Assembly (NCBI GenBank): GCA_051294905.1
Contig: CM119376.1
Location: forward strand, 15,252,001 to 15,316,000
Reading direction: 5' to 3'
Source: Botryllus schlosseri
Taxonomy: Eukaryota
Length of the DNA stretch: 64,000 nt
Under the pieces are notes generated by a model, which saw only the letters and a program-made list of their open reading frames with translations, had not been told where the DNA came from and made no database searches. The position numbers and the translations under genes were made by a program. Below are positions 36,723 to 49,413 of the stretch, piece by piece. Positions within the stretch are counted from its first letter, which is position 1; every line of letters starts with the position of its first letter.

Positions 36723-39314
36723 CTCTACGCTGTGTAGGCTGAGCGCTCACGCGAAAATGCGTTTACTTCGAAGTCTAGTTTTTTCTTTTTGTACCGTGAT
36801 TATACGTTAACAACGTACGTCGAGTGATCCAGGTTTAAAATAAAGCCGATATAGTAATGTATGCCGGAAAAATTAAAGTTACAATCCTCTGTTTACTTAT
36901 TCAAGCTCAAATCTTATTCGTTGCCATTTTTACATTGCTAATTACAAGGTGATTGCTTTAAACCAAACAATGTCCTTCTACCTCAGTGCTGGTTCTCAAC
37001 CGGGGGTCCGCGAGACCTCTCAATTTGCGAAAAGGATTGAAAACCTAATTTGTAATTTTTTTTAATTAGGGAAAGCATTACGCAGTTTCCCTCCTCAACT
37101 GCTAAAACCTCATGACTCACATCATCAGAATAGTCGTCTGACATGAAATATAATACTGTGCAAATTCATTTAAATTGCCAAATTGCCAATAACCTGACAC
37201 AAACATATTGCAGTTTAGAGACGTTTTGATGGGGTTTGTGGCAAAATATAAATATGGAGACAGTAAGGTCAATCAGGGTGACTTCGTAATGTTTGTGAAA
37301 CCTTTTCTCATCAAATTAGTGAACAGTCGTTTAAAATGAAAAATAATCAAGTATTTTCCGTAATTGTCCAAATGAAGGGATTAAAACCTCGCCACGAAAT
37401 CCATTTTATCCTGTGATATACATAACCGATTCCATAATAATTTCAAAATGAGATGCCAGATAAAAATGACTATAGGCTGAACGTGTTATGTTCATTACAC
37501 TAAAAATATGTTTTTTCATTTTGGTGCCGTACATGTTGTGATCACAATAAAAGTGTCGTCGCCTCCATCTATCTTTATGGAAATTGATTTTCGGCACTCG
37601 ACCATGGTGCATGTACTTCTAGAAATACACATACAAAATTAGCTTTGAAAAAATAGAAGTCCATCCAATTTCTATATAAATTCATAGGTTCTTGTGGGGA
37701 ACAGACGTACTTGAACAAAAATCACATATATACAACACATATTTACGGAGGCGGTGTAATGCAACAATTGCTGTTACCACTTCACTGCTCTCGATTGTAT
37801 GCGCCTAAAATATCATCACATTTCGTTCGCAAAGGAATTTCGAACTCAAGATAACCAATCGTGGCGTGGCAAACGCGTCTAGCTCGAGTAGCATGACGTG
37901 CAATAAAGTTTTCACATAATATTACATGTTATTTTGCTACCAGTACCCAAGAAGTTTCATGTCGCAGTAAAATTGTCTATTTACTATCAGATGAATCAGA
38001 GATGTACTGCGTGAATACAAATAAGCAAAGAGCTGGTCCATGACATCCGGCATATCACTCTGGTGAAGCTTCAAGTTTGATCAGGCGCAATGTCATAACC
38101 ACTCATTATATAGAGGCGTGACACTATCTGCTGCTGACCGTCCTAAATATAAAAACTTGTGCCTTGCTCGATGCGTCCGTGAATACGCGATGCGATATAC
38201 TGGTAATTGCGGAAAGGTGCTAAACTTAACTGGGTGGAAGTACTTGAACACGACATGACCCGCACCGGGTTTGCCGGCCACCATAAGCAGCGACGTGCAA
38301 TTTAGAAAAGAATAGGAGGGCCAACCCGCTGAGTAGGCCTATATATCACTACTTATAGCGGCTGACTTTCCAATTATACTTCTATATCCAATATCCATCT
38401 CCATCCATCCTGATCAATGGCATATATATTATTGCGTATGACATTTGTCCGCATAAGTAGCGTGATAATACTGAATGGAGCGTGATTCGAAGAAAGTTAT
38501 TGTCAAAAGTCTATTTAAGAGTCTTTTTCTGTTATCCGACTGCACGCATAGGAACTCGTGATTTCATTTTTGGTTATTTGAGTATTAGAGTGTTGTTACA
38601 TCTTGTGTTAGTATCAAAAGTAGCCTACGTGACGTAATCGTTAATTTTTTTTTCATCTGACGTGAATCAGATATTAAAATCTGTATTCGAGCAATTTGCG
38701 GGAGGGCGATTTAAACCCGTTTCACGCTGGATCTCTAGATCTTGGTACGAATAGTGTTATATAGTACTGTTACAGCTCGTGCAGGTGTCAAAAGTCCGAT
38801 GCAGAATAGTTTAATCGGTTATCTTAGAAAACGCGGTTTCCGTTTTGGAGGAAGGGGAATCCTACTTATTCGTCCGGCGTGGGCGTAAAGAATTAATTCG
38901 CATATCGGACCTTGTATAACCTAAAGCAAATTTCATGGGGAGAGCATTATTGTGATTGCACGTATTGGGGTCAATTGGCCAGGATCTTGGCGGATTTGGC
39001 GATTTTTATGGCTGGAAAAGTTATGGCCAACTTCGTTCTCATGACCAAGAAAGTCAGTAGAGATGTGCATGTACATTGTACAATGTACATGCACGCGATC
39101 TGAATGCAAATCGGCGATGCGTGGTGACGCTGTGGCGCGCATAAGATATGGTGAACATCCATGTTTGCTGCTCAAAACTGATTGGTATCAGATATTTTTG
39201 AAAAAAATCGCCAGAAAATCGCAAAATATTTTTCAAAAGTCGCTAGATTTATCGCTAGTCGCTAGATCGATATTTTTTGTCGCTAAACCGAACGAAAAAT
39301 CGCTAGATCTAGCG

Positions 39315-41267
39315 CAGTGATTCCCAACCGCGGCCCCCACAAAAATGTTAAGAAATCGATTTACGAAAAAAATATATTTATAAAATACTCTTGCTAGGCT
39401 CGGAGTCTGGAGTTTTCAATTAGGATTGCAGGAAAGTTGTGAGTAGACTGCTAAGATTACGTCACTGCTGTTTCAATGCAATGTGCCCTAAATTTTTCAG
39501 TTGAACGAGCAGTAGCTTACCTATAGATATAGGTATAGATATAGGTATTGACAGGACCGTACATGCCGCACCCCGATTGGGGGGAACGAGCTCGAACGGG
39601 GCCCAAAATTATTTAGTGAATTAGCATGAATTATACCGTATTTTATGAAATTTTATGCAACTTTCTCAATTGCAACTTTTTCAACAATTCAATTTTTCGC
39701 GCTGCGCACGATTTCAAGTTTCCAAGTACCTTCATCATTGGATACTCTTCCACCAAAATAAAATACGCGAGATTTAGAGAAGTGGGCATATCGGCGTTGG
39801 CCATTACCGCGTCTCGACGCACGAAGACATATAAAGTTTTAGGTCATATAACATGCGACTTCAAGAAGTGTGCCAGAACGATCGACAGAGAGAAAACTTT
39901 GGCCGAAAAGGACTGACCGGAAACTTCGTTATGTATATACAAAATACATATAGGTATAATTGACTATAGGCGCCTAAATGACTGGCGCCGAATATTCCTG
40001 TCTTGGCAATCTGAACCCCACGAGACAAATAGGCTACCATCCTGCAGGGAAGAATTATATGCCAGTGAAGAACTACCAATTTGAAATCGTGTGCATCTTT
40101 TATTTTAGAAAGTTTGGGCGACTCTGTATTTTTTTATAGCAGACTGGAGGTCACGAAATAACATCATGTAACGAAGTCGTACCAACTGGTCCGCCCGTCC
40201 GAATATGTTTAATTATTATTTACGGCCCTACAGTTTCCAAGACACCTTACTCAGCTCTACCGGTAAATCTAATTACGTGAGCAGAGAGGACAAGTAATTG
40301 ATAGCAATATATATGCAATTCCCGATCTTATTGCCCTATTTTATTTTGAATTATCGAAAATGTTCGCGCTCCACGCTGGCTCACTAAACGGTGATCCTGA
40401 TTTCGTGGCAGAAGCGAACAACGGGACGCGGGGTCGGTTTATCACCCTATGGGAGCTCAAGACCTAAGTGTTTTGAGGGGCCTGACGAAGTGCTGTTTCG
40501 TTCCTGCCAACGGGTATACGCCCGAAGATGTTTAATTATTATTGAGTGGTCCTACCTTTTCAAACACAACTCACTCGGCTTAACCGGCCAATCTGATTAC
40601 GTGAGGAGAGAGAGGATAAAAATTGATCCCAATATATTTTCAATTCCCGATTATATTGACCGATTCAATCATGAATTATAGAAATTTTTCGCGCTTCGAG
40701 CGATTAGTCGATAGAGGCTGCATAAAACGGACTCCCGATTTAGATGATAAATAGCGGTAAATAGCCATCTAGCCTGAGGGGGCCTAGAGCAACTTTGGGG
40801 GGGGGGGGCTTACGAAGTGTTGTTACGGCCCTGGGTATTGATAACTAATTTACGGAGAGATGTGCAACAAGTCACTCACGATTAAATACGCCGAGATGCG
40901 TACTGCTTAGCCGACAAAAAACAGCATAATTGGTAGTCCTATAGCTCGCGACCCAAGCGTCCGAATAATTTGATATGACGGTGTTTATCGAAATGAGGTG
41001 TCGCACTGATTCCAAAAATACGAATTGAAATTTCGTCAGGGCAATAAAAACTACTCCGAAATAGACAGCAAAGGTTGATTGTTCTGAACAACGGGAGCGT
41101 GGCAACACAATGGCCAATGGCGTCAAGCGAATGATCGAAACAATGCAAATTTTCATATTTTGGTGACTATTTTGGACTCCTTTCATCGCCCTGGTATTCG
41201 TGCGGCCCCGAGCGTACTCTGAAATTATAAATTTGACCCTGCCACCGAAAAAGGTTGGGAACCACTA
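39315..41267 (+). mobile_element. 1.95-kb non-autonomous hAT element nested in a TCGCTA-array element (about 39200-41302)
   Basis: Ends CAGTGATTCCCAACC and GGTTGGGAACCACTA; perfect TSD ATCTAGCG (39307-39314 and 41268-41275); the host TCGCTA array resumes after the TSD. Confidence 0.85.
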
Positions 41268-42050
41268 ATCTAGCGACAAAATCGCTAAATTGGCAACGCT
41301 GGCGCAAGACAGATGACGATTGCACGATAATTGAAGTAAATTTGAACAAAAACTGCGGGGATCCGCGGGGTTCCGTGACGGTCCAAAAGGGGTCCGCGAA
41401 GACAAAAAGGTTGAGAACCACTGTTCTCGACTATCTCGTCAGCCAATGTACTTGCAGTGATAAGGTGCCGCGAACTAGTTTTCTCTGTCAGATGATGTCG
41501 CGCGGTCAAAAAGCTTGAGAACCACTGACCTAACGTATAATAGATTTTTCGCAAAATCCGGTGTTGGTCTGTGTTGATTTTGACATACCGTGGTGTGTGA
41601 CGTAAATTTGCACGGTATAACTTAAAGATGTCATCTAACAGTGTACTAAATGTAACAGTTGACATTACAATATTTATTCGTTAAATCTCGATTTCGCAGC
41701 AGTATTACATCGTAGATGTGAGCCTTCAGCCAGGTGAGTTATTATTGTCAAGCGCGTGACTGTGCGCGTGCGCGGGTCAATTGAACGTTCTACAGCTAAA
41801 TTATTGATGTTATTTCGAGGCCGGATTGACTTAGGTGTTCACTGTTCGACTGTTCGTGTCATTCAAAATGATGCAGTTGAACCGTCATATCATATCTACT
41901 TGCATTTGCAGCATTTCATATCCAGGAAAGATGACACTAAATATATACAATACATATTCAGTCTCAATAACAATCCGATGCTACGTGTGTTGCAGCTTAC
42001 GAATGCCGCGATATAGGCCTTCTGTCTCCCAATTTCAAGATCGTCTGAAT

Positions 42051-42437
42051 CAGTGGTTCCCAACGTGGGCGATATCGCCCCCCAGGGGGCTATTTGGCGG
42101 ACTAGGGGCGAAAATAACATAGGGGGCGTCAGGGGGCGAAAACGGACGAAGGGAGACAGGAGGGGCGAAAATAACGAAGGGGTCGATGGCGCGTTACAAC
42201 GGCTATATTGGAGTAAAGTCCGAGAAATGAACTTTTTTTTATTTTTTAGTCAGTCACGAAAATTTAGCTGTAAAAGTGTAAATTTCGAGGTCGAACCGAA
42301 AACTTGACCTTGTTTTTAGTCAACTTGCCGGTGATTGTAGTTTGTATGTCCATTTTTCGGTTCCCACTATTTGGGGGCGATGATCGGTGTGGAGCTTGAG
42401 AAGGGGCCGATGAATCGAAAAAGGTTGGGAACCACTG
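42051..42437. mobile_element. hAT MITE (GGGGCGA family)
   Basis: TIR CAGTGGTTCCCAAC; TSD GTCTGAAT/GTCTAAAT. Confidence 0.85.
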
Positions 42438-43517
42438 GTCTAAATCTAAATAACGACCAGCTGGTTAGATAGGCCCTGTTTACGAAATTTGGGTCAACGC
42501 ATGTGCAATGTGCATCCGTTTTTCAAGTTCAAGTCCAAGTGCGCGCAAAGTGCGCATTCCACACAACCTTAATTAACTCTCCAAATTTAGAAACCATCGT
42601 GTGCCAAAAAGAGTAAGTCTTCGGGCGTCTGCTGCACAACCTATATAAGTGAAAATTTGCAAAGTAAAAAAACTGCTGATTAGCCTTATTCTACAGTCTC
42701 GTATATGTGTGTCTTATATACGCTTACCGATTTGCAGCCATGTATATAATAATTTTACTTGTACCACTTTTGTTGGCTGACCATACAGGACATATTGTCG
42801 ACTGTCGTCAAATCATCTTGAAGTAATACACAGGCTAAATGAATCTCATCATCATGTATATTTCATTTTCAATATGCACGTCGATAGCATCGGAAAACGG
42901 ATGTAGAAAATGCGGCTGCTGCTGGTATAGGTGATAAAGTCGCTATCGTCTCCTTTGATTTCAATAAGGGCGTAAACTCGAAGGATCACTGAGAGTAAGA
43001 TCTTTTAAGGGTATATCTGAAATATATATGATACTTTCTTGGTACATGTCCATACAAGAAAAATTCCCGCCCTAGAGACTTGAGCAAAGTATAATCATTG
43101 TTGATACTAAAGCAGAAGTATAATGTTATAAAATATCATATAAATAAAACTATCGATTTCAATAGTGGGTTGAGACTGCTCTCAACTAAGGAAATAGAAG
43201 CCGTAAGGTTTAAAAGCACCGTAGTAAGCATAGGCTGACAGAATAGTTTGAGATGATGCACTCCGGATTTGTATGTGTCGATAGTCCCGATAACTTTCAA
43301 TGTGCAGTCTTAGCGAAAAGAGTGCGTATTTCCACCCGAGTACAACCTCTGATATATACGGGTGTGAATATACACCCATATGGCACAAGAAACATGTACC
43401 TACGTCAGACCAATACCGCGGTAAAAATCGTATACAACATTTTAATCCTGATCATCCATGTTCGTACGTTTTCGTGTACCATACCCTAGCCGGCCCTTTG
43501 GGTCTGAATATTATCAC

Positions 43518-44098
43518 TAGGGCAAGTTTTTGTTGCAGTAAAATCCGTTGAAAGTTGCACTCATTTTTCATAAAAGTTGCAGCAAAAAGTTGCATTTATT
43601 TTTCAAAAAAGTTACACTAAGGAGTTGCATTTATGGACAAGTTCCTTGACATGATTAAGGTATGCGATACTCGAATTGATCCTTATCCAAGGCACTGTAG
43701 CAAAACTCGTCGTTGGCGACTTCAACGAGATGAATAGCCTGAAAAAATTGACCCAGTGGAAATATAATGTTCGGCGGTCTAGCCTGAATGTGCGTCAAAT
43801 CAGAAAAGACCTCAAATTTAAACGACATTGAAATAATCAAGCGATCTATTTACATATAGTACCAAATATTTCCAGTAAAAAGTTAGTTGCATCAAATATC
43901 GAAAGAAAATTGCCAAAATCTGCATGAAAAATCGTAAAAGCAGCCAAAAGTTGCCTGATAAAATGGAGAAAGTTGCAAAAAGTTGCGATATAAGATCCCT
44001 CCCAACAGCTTAAAATACCATACTACATAGCTTCGGAGTATGTAGGAAGCTGCCGGAAGCTGTAAAAAAAGTGGAAAAAGTTGCAAAAACTTGCCTTA
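43518..44098. mobile_element. MITE with AAAGTTGC subterminal arrays, just 3' of the GPCR 2 stop
   Basis: TIR TARGGCAAGTTTTTG; old TSD 5/8 (all mismatches are transitions). Confidence 0.7.
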
Positions 44099-44338
44099 GT
44101 CATTACACTCCATCTCTGGCTAACACAGGATACATTTTTCTTCAATTAATAGGTGCCTATATGTTGCCAAGCCTGTTTCATGGTTTATTTTATGTGTATT
44201 ATATTTCAATATAATATGGACGAACAAGTAGAAATGAAATGGAATTCGATTGAACAGTTCAGGTAAAAAAATCTGAATATTGATTTCAGCACTCAGAAAA
44301 ACCATAGCAGGCGATATTTTTTACGATCACATATTTCT

Positions 44339-44516
44339 TTACAATAAATTCTTGAACTTTTCACCTTCTTTGCGCGAGTTGGTATCAGATCCCGAAGATA
44401 GGTATGACCGTCTGGTTTTATACACATCGCTAACATTCGTTGTAGAATGCGCCACAATCTTTCTGCAACCCAGTCCGCTCATGATCCTCTTTGTCCGCCG
44501 GTGCTTTCGGAATTCC
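44339..44516 (-). CDS. GPCR 2 probable C-terminal tail exon
   Basis: ctaattag|G gives in-frame FKQRIREFRKHRR... followed by a Ser/Thr-rich basic tail to the stop at 44339. Confidence 0.55.
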
Positions 44517-47500
44517 CTAATTAGATTGGCAAGGCTCGTTTTAGCATCTATAGAATCCACCGACGTAGTGCAACAGGGTCCTGCAACCCCTGCAACGGGG
44601 GTCAGTGGTGATGCACGATCTATATTTTCTGGCACGCCAAATGATTTAATGAGAATGTTATATGAAAAAAATGGAATGGAAAACCATGGCATTCCTGAAT
44701 CTTGACTCCCTAGCCATGAACTGTTTAGAATGTCACACTGTAAATCCATGGGTGTAAAATAGGCGCATTCATCAGATATACACCATAGTGTAGGGTGATA
44801 CACCAACTACACCCCTATTAGATCTCTCCATAAGGATTGCTGTGTTTGAATAATTTTCACCCTTTGGAGGGTGTGTGAAAGCACAATTTGGTACCTGGAA
44901 GTGCCGTTCACCTGATTTACACCCCCCACTACGGCTGAATTCCGATGAATACGCCAAATTTTACTCGTATGATTTACAGTACAAAGTAATGTTATTTTGA
45001 ACCATAGATTAAACTAACATCCCAATTTAATTACCGAACCAATATGTGAATACGTCAAGACATCAACATGAAATACGGAATACGGTGACTTATAAATCAC
45101 TTTGTTCAATTTTTCGTGGTTGTTTTTTGCGGATTTTCTTGGGTTTACTTGAAAATCAGTCCCAGGGAATCTATGCGGTAAGGCGTGACTATAGTTGCCA
45201 GCTTTCAGATTTTCAGTTGAGCAGATCGTCCGTGCTTAATGTGCCAGAAAAGTATGACAACAAGAGGCTACTCATGATGTGTACACCATAAGGAAAGCAG
45301 TAGATGGCAGATCAATTGGATCCCATGCCCCTCTGAATGAGTAAATGCGAAATACATACGATAATGTGTGCCACGCGGTTAGTTGATATTTAGACGTTCG
45401 GCATGCACTGTACGTAAGGTTGCATTTAAAACAAAAATCAACAAGGCCCTTGTTCAAAACATGTTTGTTATTGTTTTTTCAAACCATGACGTCACGAATA
45501 TTCAATTGTGACGTCATGGTGGATTGGCATTGACAATTGAAAATATAGGGCAAATATAGCTCCTTTGACGAAATATCTGTACTATTGCTGTTGCACCGAC
45601 TATTGTGAGGGTTCCAATCCAACCATCTCATATCGCATACGTCGGCTATATCAGGTGTTAATTGTCCGTAGGCTCATACAACATGTTTTTGGAAAGTATT
45701 CGCACAATTATGGCACGATTTTACAACTTAAAAAAAAACAATTTTCATAAAAGTTCTTTGTTTAAAAAACTGTTAAAAATTTGTTTTAAACAAAGTGTTT
45801 TAAACAACCATTTGTTGCAACCCTAACTGTGCGGTTGCCGAGCCCTGATGTACATGTTATTAACTATCACCCAACTGACCTTATTCTTTGCTTAAATGTG
45901 CCCAGGAAGTTGTACAGGAACGGGTTGAGTGCCGAATTCAAGTATATCAGAAATCTCAGGCACATTTGCAGGTTCTCACAGAATGTCTGGTAAATGAGAT
46001 ATATACCTTTATCACTGAGGATGCGAGTCAGTTTCGGGGGGGGGGGAACACTCATGAATACAATCAAGATGATACGTTATGCAACACAATTTAAAATTCA
46101 GAAAGTAAGTACCCTGGGTTTCCAAACTGCTAAAAGAGAAGTGGAAGCTTTCTAAAAGCAACATCATATATGAGTAGGTAGAGCAAGGAGACAAAACCTG
46201 CAGAATTGTCTCTTCGCCAACCCTATATTCCAGTGGGACAGTATGACCAAAATTACGAATACGATACAACAGGTGTTTGAAATGAAGTGTTATCAGGTTT
46301 ATGAAATAGGCCTACAAAAAAACTTCTTTCATGCTGTAATTACCTCGCTCCCCGAAATCCCGGATATTCTCGCCACTTGAACCACATGGAAAGGCAGCCA
46401 GCAGATAACTAACAGCGCGAGTAACGACACGCATAATGCCGTCACCCTTTTGTGGCTGTCGGACGAACATTTTCGATCGCCCGTGTTCCGAAGAGAGCTC
46501 TTTCCAGTTGATCCTATTCCGGATGTCAATTTTTCTTTCGTCTCGAAACTTCTTCGACTTCTCAGCCTCGTTTTACGTAAACGTAGCACTATGCATCCGT
46601 ATGATATTGTAATTACCTACAGTAAATTGGATCGAATGTTCATTCGGGTTATCACCACAGAACACCGTGCTGAATATTGTGAAACAACTGCACATCATGT
46701 GGCCAACTATGATGTTTTGTGGGTACCACTTTGACAGATAAGTATAGGCTACGTGCGCACCGTAATGACGATGTGACGTTTTCATTCTTACGCAAGGACA
46801 TATTTGTCACTATAAATCTCACATCTGTTAGAAATGTGTTGGATAATACAAGCATCGTTCAATCTACTCAGAATATCTTGGCGGGCCGGATGAAACCGTC
46901 CTATGTCCGACATCCCCGCTCTGCAATAATGAAATACAGCAGAGTAAAATCATACGAGATGAGCGAATAAGACAACGCAGAAACAACCTGTAGGCTACTT
47001 GCCAAAAATACACTTTTCAATGTTATCAGTTCAGCGTGACCAGACGTGCTTATTCCTAAACATTTTATCATAGATAAAATCTCAACTCACAAGCAGCGGG
47101 AAAAGAAACATCGCAATGAAATTGAAGAGGATAAATTTCGTCATTCCGGGGTCGTCGGCGCCTGACGCATAGCAGGAGGCATATCTAAAATGTGAAAAAC
47201 GTCGTATGCACTCCGAAAATGATTATGGATTTTAGTTGTGTCACGTTTCTCCGATAATGTCCACTTCGCCGTAGTAGTCCAACGAACCATCGCCTGATGA
47301 GTTTTCATATTCCCGATTGATATCATAGTAAGTAAATGTTTCATTATCATGTTCCCACGGCAGACTCCCGCATTCGTAATCACAGGCCGGATGACAGAGT
47401 CTGCATTGCTTTGTAGCATCGTTTGCAGTGAACAAAATACTAAATCCAAAATCGTCCCAAGAAAATATCGAAAAGTAATGACTAATGAGATATGTAACAT

Positions 47501-49413
47501 TATTCACTTACACGCAATGACATCTTGATGCATGTTCCACACTATCCGAGTAATAGCTAACGGGCAAACTCATGGACACAGAGAGGACCCAAATTATGGC
47601 TGCTCCGATACAGCCGGATTTGATAGATCGTAATGAGTTCGTCGCACTCCATAAACTTCTGCACACAGCCAAGTACCGATCAATCGCCATCGCCTGTAGA
47701 GTATGGGAAATATGGCCCCAGTTACTTAAGTAGAGAACCATCAGCTGTCAAAAGAAACGCCAATTACATGGCGCTGGATTTGATGGTGTACATTAGGTAT
47801 CATTATTATGTGCGTTACTGGGCTCTTTTAGAATCAATTCGGGCGGAAATAGATCGCACATATTCTATAGTACATATATGTAGCTTGGCCGGTCACGAAA
47901 GGCTACAGGTGTACAGTACAGTGTACATATCATGTATATATTGTTCACCGTAATGTGGTGGCACTTGAAAAGAGTTGAAAATCAATACCGGTCCCCGGCA
48001 CTACATGCATAGTTGAGACTTACGAGTTTCAATTCAACCCACAACGTGAAGGTATATTCTCACATGCTGCAGTGTTGTAATCGCCATTGATATGTTAATT
48101 CTTACCCTTCTCAAATTGATAGTCTGAAGCATTCCGTGGACAATGGACATAGAAGCATGCGACATAACAGCATGCGACACTTCAGCATGTGTAGGTTAAA
48201 TTTCGTGCTGGAGTTGGGTTACGGTTACATTTGTGGTTAGGGTTGGGTTAGGATATATAGAAGGGCTAGGATTAGTTTGGTGGTTGAAAAGTCATATGCT
48301 AAAGAGGCGCATGCCAAAATGTCGCATGCTCAAATGAGGGGTAACCCATGAATACATCGGCCGTCACAATTCCCATTATATTATCATTCCGTAGATGTTT
48401 AGATTCACGTAAACGGTACTGTCTTCAAGTTTAAACTTACCGTTATAAAAAGGATGGATGCATAATAGTTTATGTACTTCAAGGTTTCGAAAACTTTACA
48501 AGGGTAAATGCCGAGTATCCAGTCCTGTTGCAGCATTTCCGTGATTTTCAGAGGGACCGATTGAAGAAACAGGATGTCAGCGATTGCTAGTTGCAGCACA
48601 TACCTGTCAGGCAATATCTCGCATATTATTGTAATTATGTGCTATTGTCATAGCTGCGCTGGCATAGTGGAGTGATCCTGCATGTATAGGTCGTCATGCT
48701 CCCCCGCGTTTACAGACACGAGGATACATACGATTTTGTTTTACAATTCTATTTTGTGTTGCGACAAATCCCATATCTGGAAGTGAATAGATTTATCCAA
48801 TAGAAGATATGTTCCCACCTGTAGAGTATGTGTAAATTAATATGTGTATAATTAGCATTAACAGCATAACACTCTACTCGAGTCACACAAAAAAGGGCAA
48901 TTCTAGCAAGACATATTACCGAAATACTTTTAAATGAACCAATTAGGATTCAGAATTTGAATACTTTGAAAATGTACATTTGGACATCAATTTGTAGGCA
49001 GCATATATGCAGTATTGCAAGACGAATATTTGCGAATACACAGCGGAACGGCATGTAAAATTGCAAAGCTATATTATGCGACGGAATACATTGTTTGGTC
49101 ACTCCATGGATTCCACTGATACAATTCTCCAAGTATACCCAAAACCTACTCAAAAACTGGAGGTTTATTGTCTATACTATTACGAACACCTTTCGAATAT
49201 GGGAGTTCATCACTATCCATGAAATATATAGTTTAAACATTTTCGATGTTATAAAAGTCGCAATCGTAAAAGGGAATAATCGCCTCACCAGTGCGATATC
49301 TTTGTGACTTTTTGCAGGTACAAGATCGAAAATATGACGAATAGATTTCCGGCCACGCCTATGGTGTATATCACGCTCCAAATGGATACCATCAATAGCG
49401 AATCCATTATAAC
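44339..49413 (-). CDS. Class A GPCR 2 (somatostatin/opioid/chemokine-receptor-like) with expanded ECL2; 8 exons, 1317 nt
   Basis: Exons 49289-49413, 48441-48603, 47512-47693, 47245-47439, 47091-47184, 46344-46616, 45880-45986 and 44339-44516 splice in frame. All seven TM signatures are present: GN, LAIAD..P, CK..AIDRY, W....LP, FLFPL, CWLP, NPFLY. Confidence 0.92.
45415..45825. mobile_element. hAT MITE (TAGGGTTGCA family) in the last intron of GPCR 2
   Basis: TIR TARGGTTGCA; TSD ACTGTACG/ACTGTGCG; reverse-oriented relative of 21272-21695. Confidence 0.82.
45880..45986 (-). CDS. GPCR 2 TM7 exon
   Basis: atttaccag|ACA; YLNSALNPFLYNFLGTFKQRI; donor AG|gtcagt, or read-through to a stop at 45867. 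Confidence 0.9.
46344..46616 (-). CDS. GPCR 2 TM5 end, ICL3 and TM6 exon
   Basis: tttactgtag|GTA; VITISYGCIVLRL...LLVICWLPFHV; donor GAG|gtaatt. Confidence 0.92.
47091..47184 (-). CDS. GPCR 2 ECL2 end / TM5 first half
   Basis: cacattttag|A TAT...KFILFNFIAMFLFPLL|gtgagt. Confidence 0.88.
47245..47439 (-). CDS. GPCR 2 ECL2 insertion exon (phase 2-2; alternative acceptor at 47400)
   Basis: Stop-free 65 codons between ggatttag|T and AC|gtgaca; ILFTANDATKQCRLCHPACDYECG...DYYGEVDIIGET. Confidence 0.65.
47512..47693 (-). CDS. GPCR 2 DRY/TM4 exon
   Basis: tctacag|GCG ATG GCG ATT GAT CGG TAC; donor GT|gtaagt. Confidence 0.92.
48441..48603 (-). CDS. GPCR 2 TM2-TM3 exon
   Basis: ctgacag|G TAT...ACG|gtaagt; YVLQLAIADILFLQSVP...CKV. 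Confidence 0.92.
49289..49413 (-). CDS. GPCR 2 TM1 exon
   Basis: ttatag|GTT ATA ATG GAT...IGVAGNLFVIFSIL...ISH-W; donor TG|gtgagg. This frame is missing from the ORF track. Confidence 0.88.

Noticed and set aside
26823-49413. Three co-oriented genes as an operon
   Set aside because: Intergenic gaps are about 10 and more than 20 kb and are filled with TEs; tunicate operon genes normally abut.
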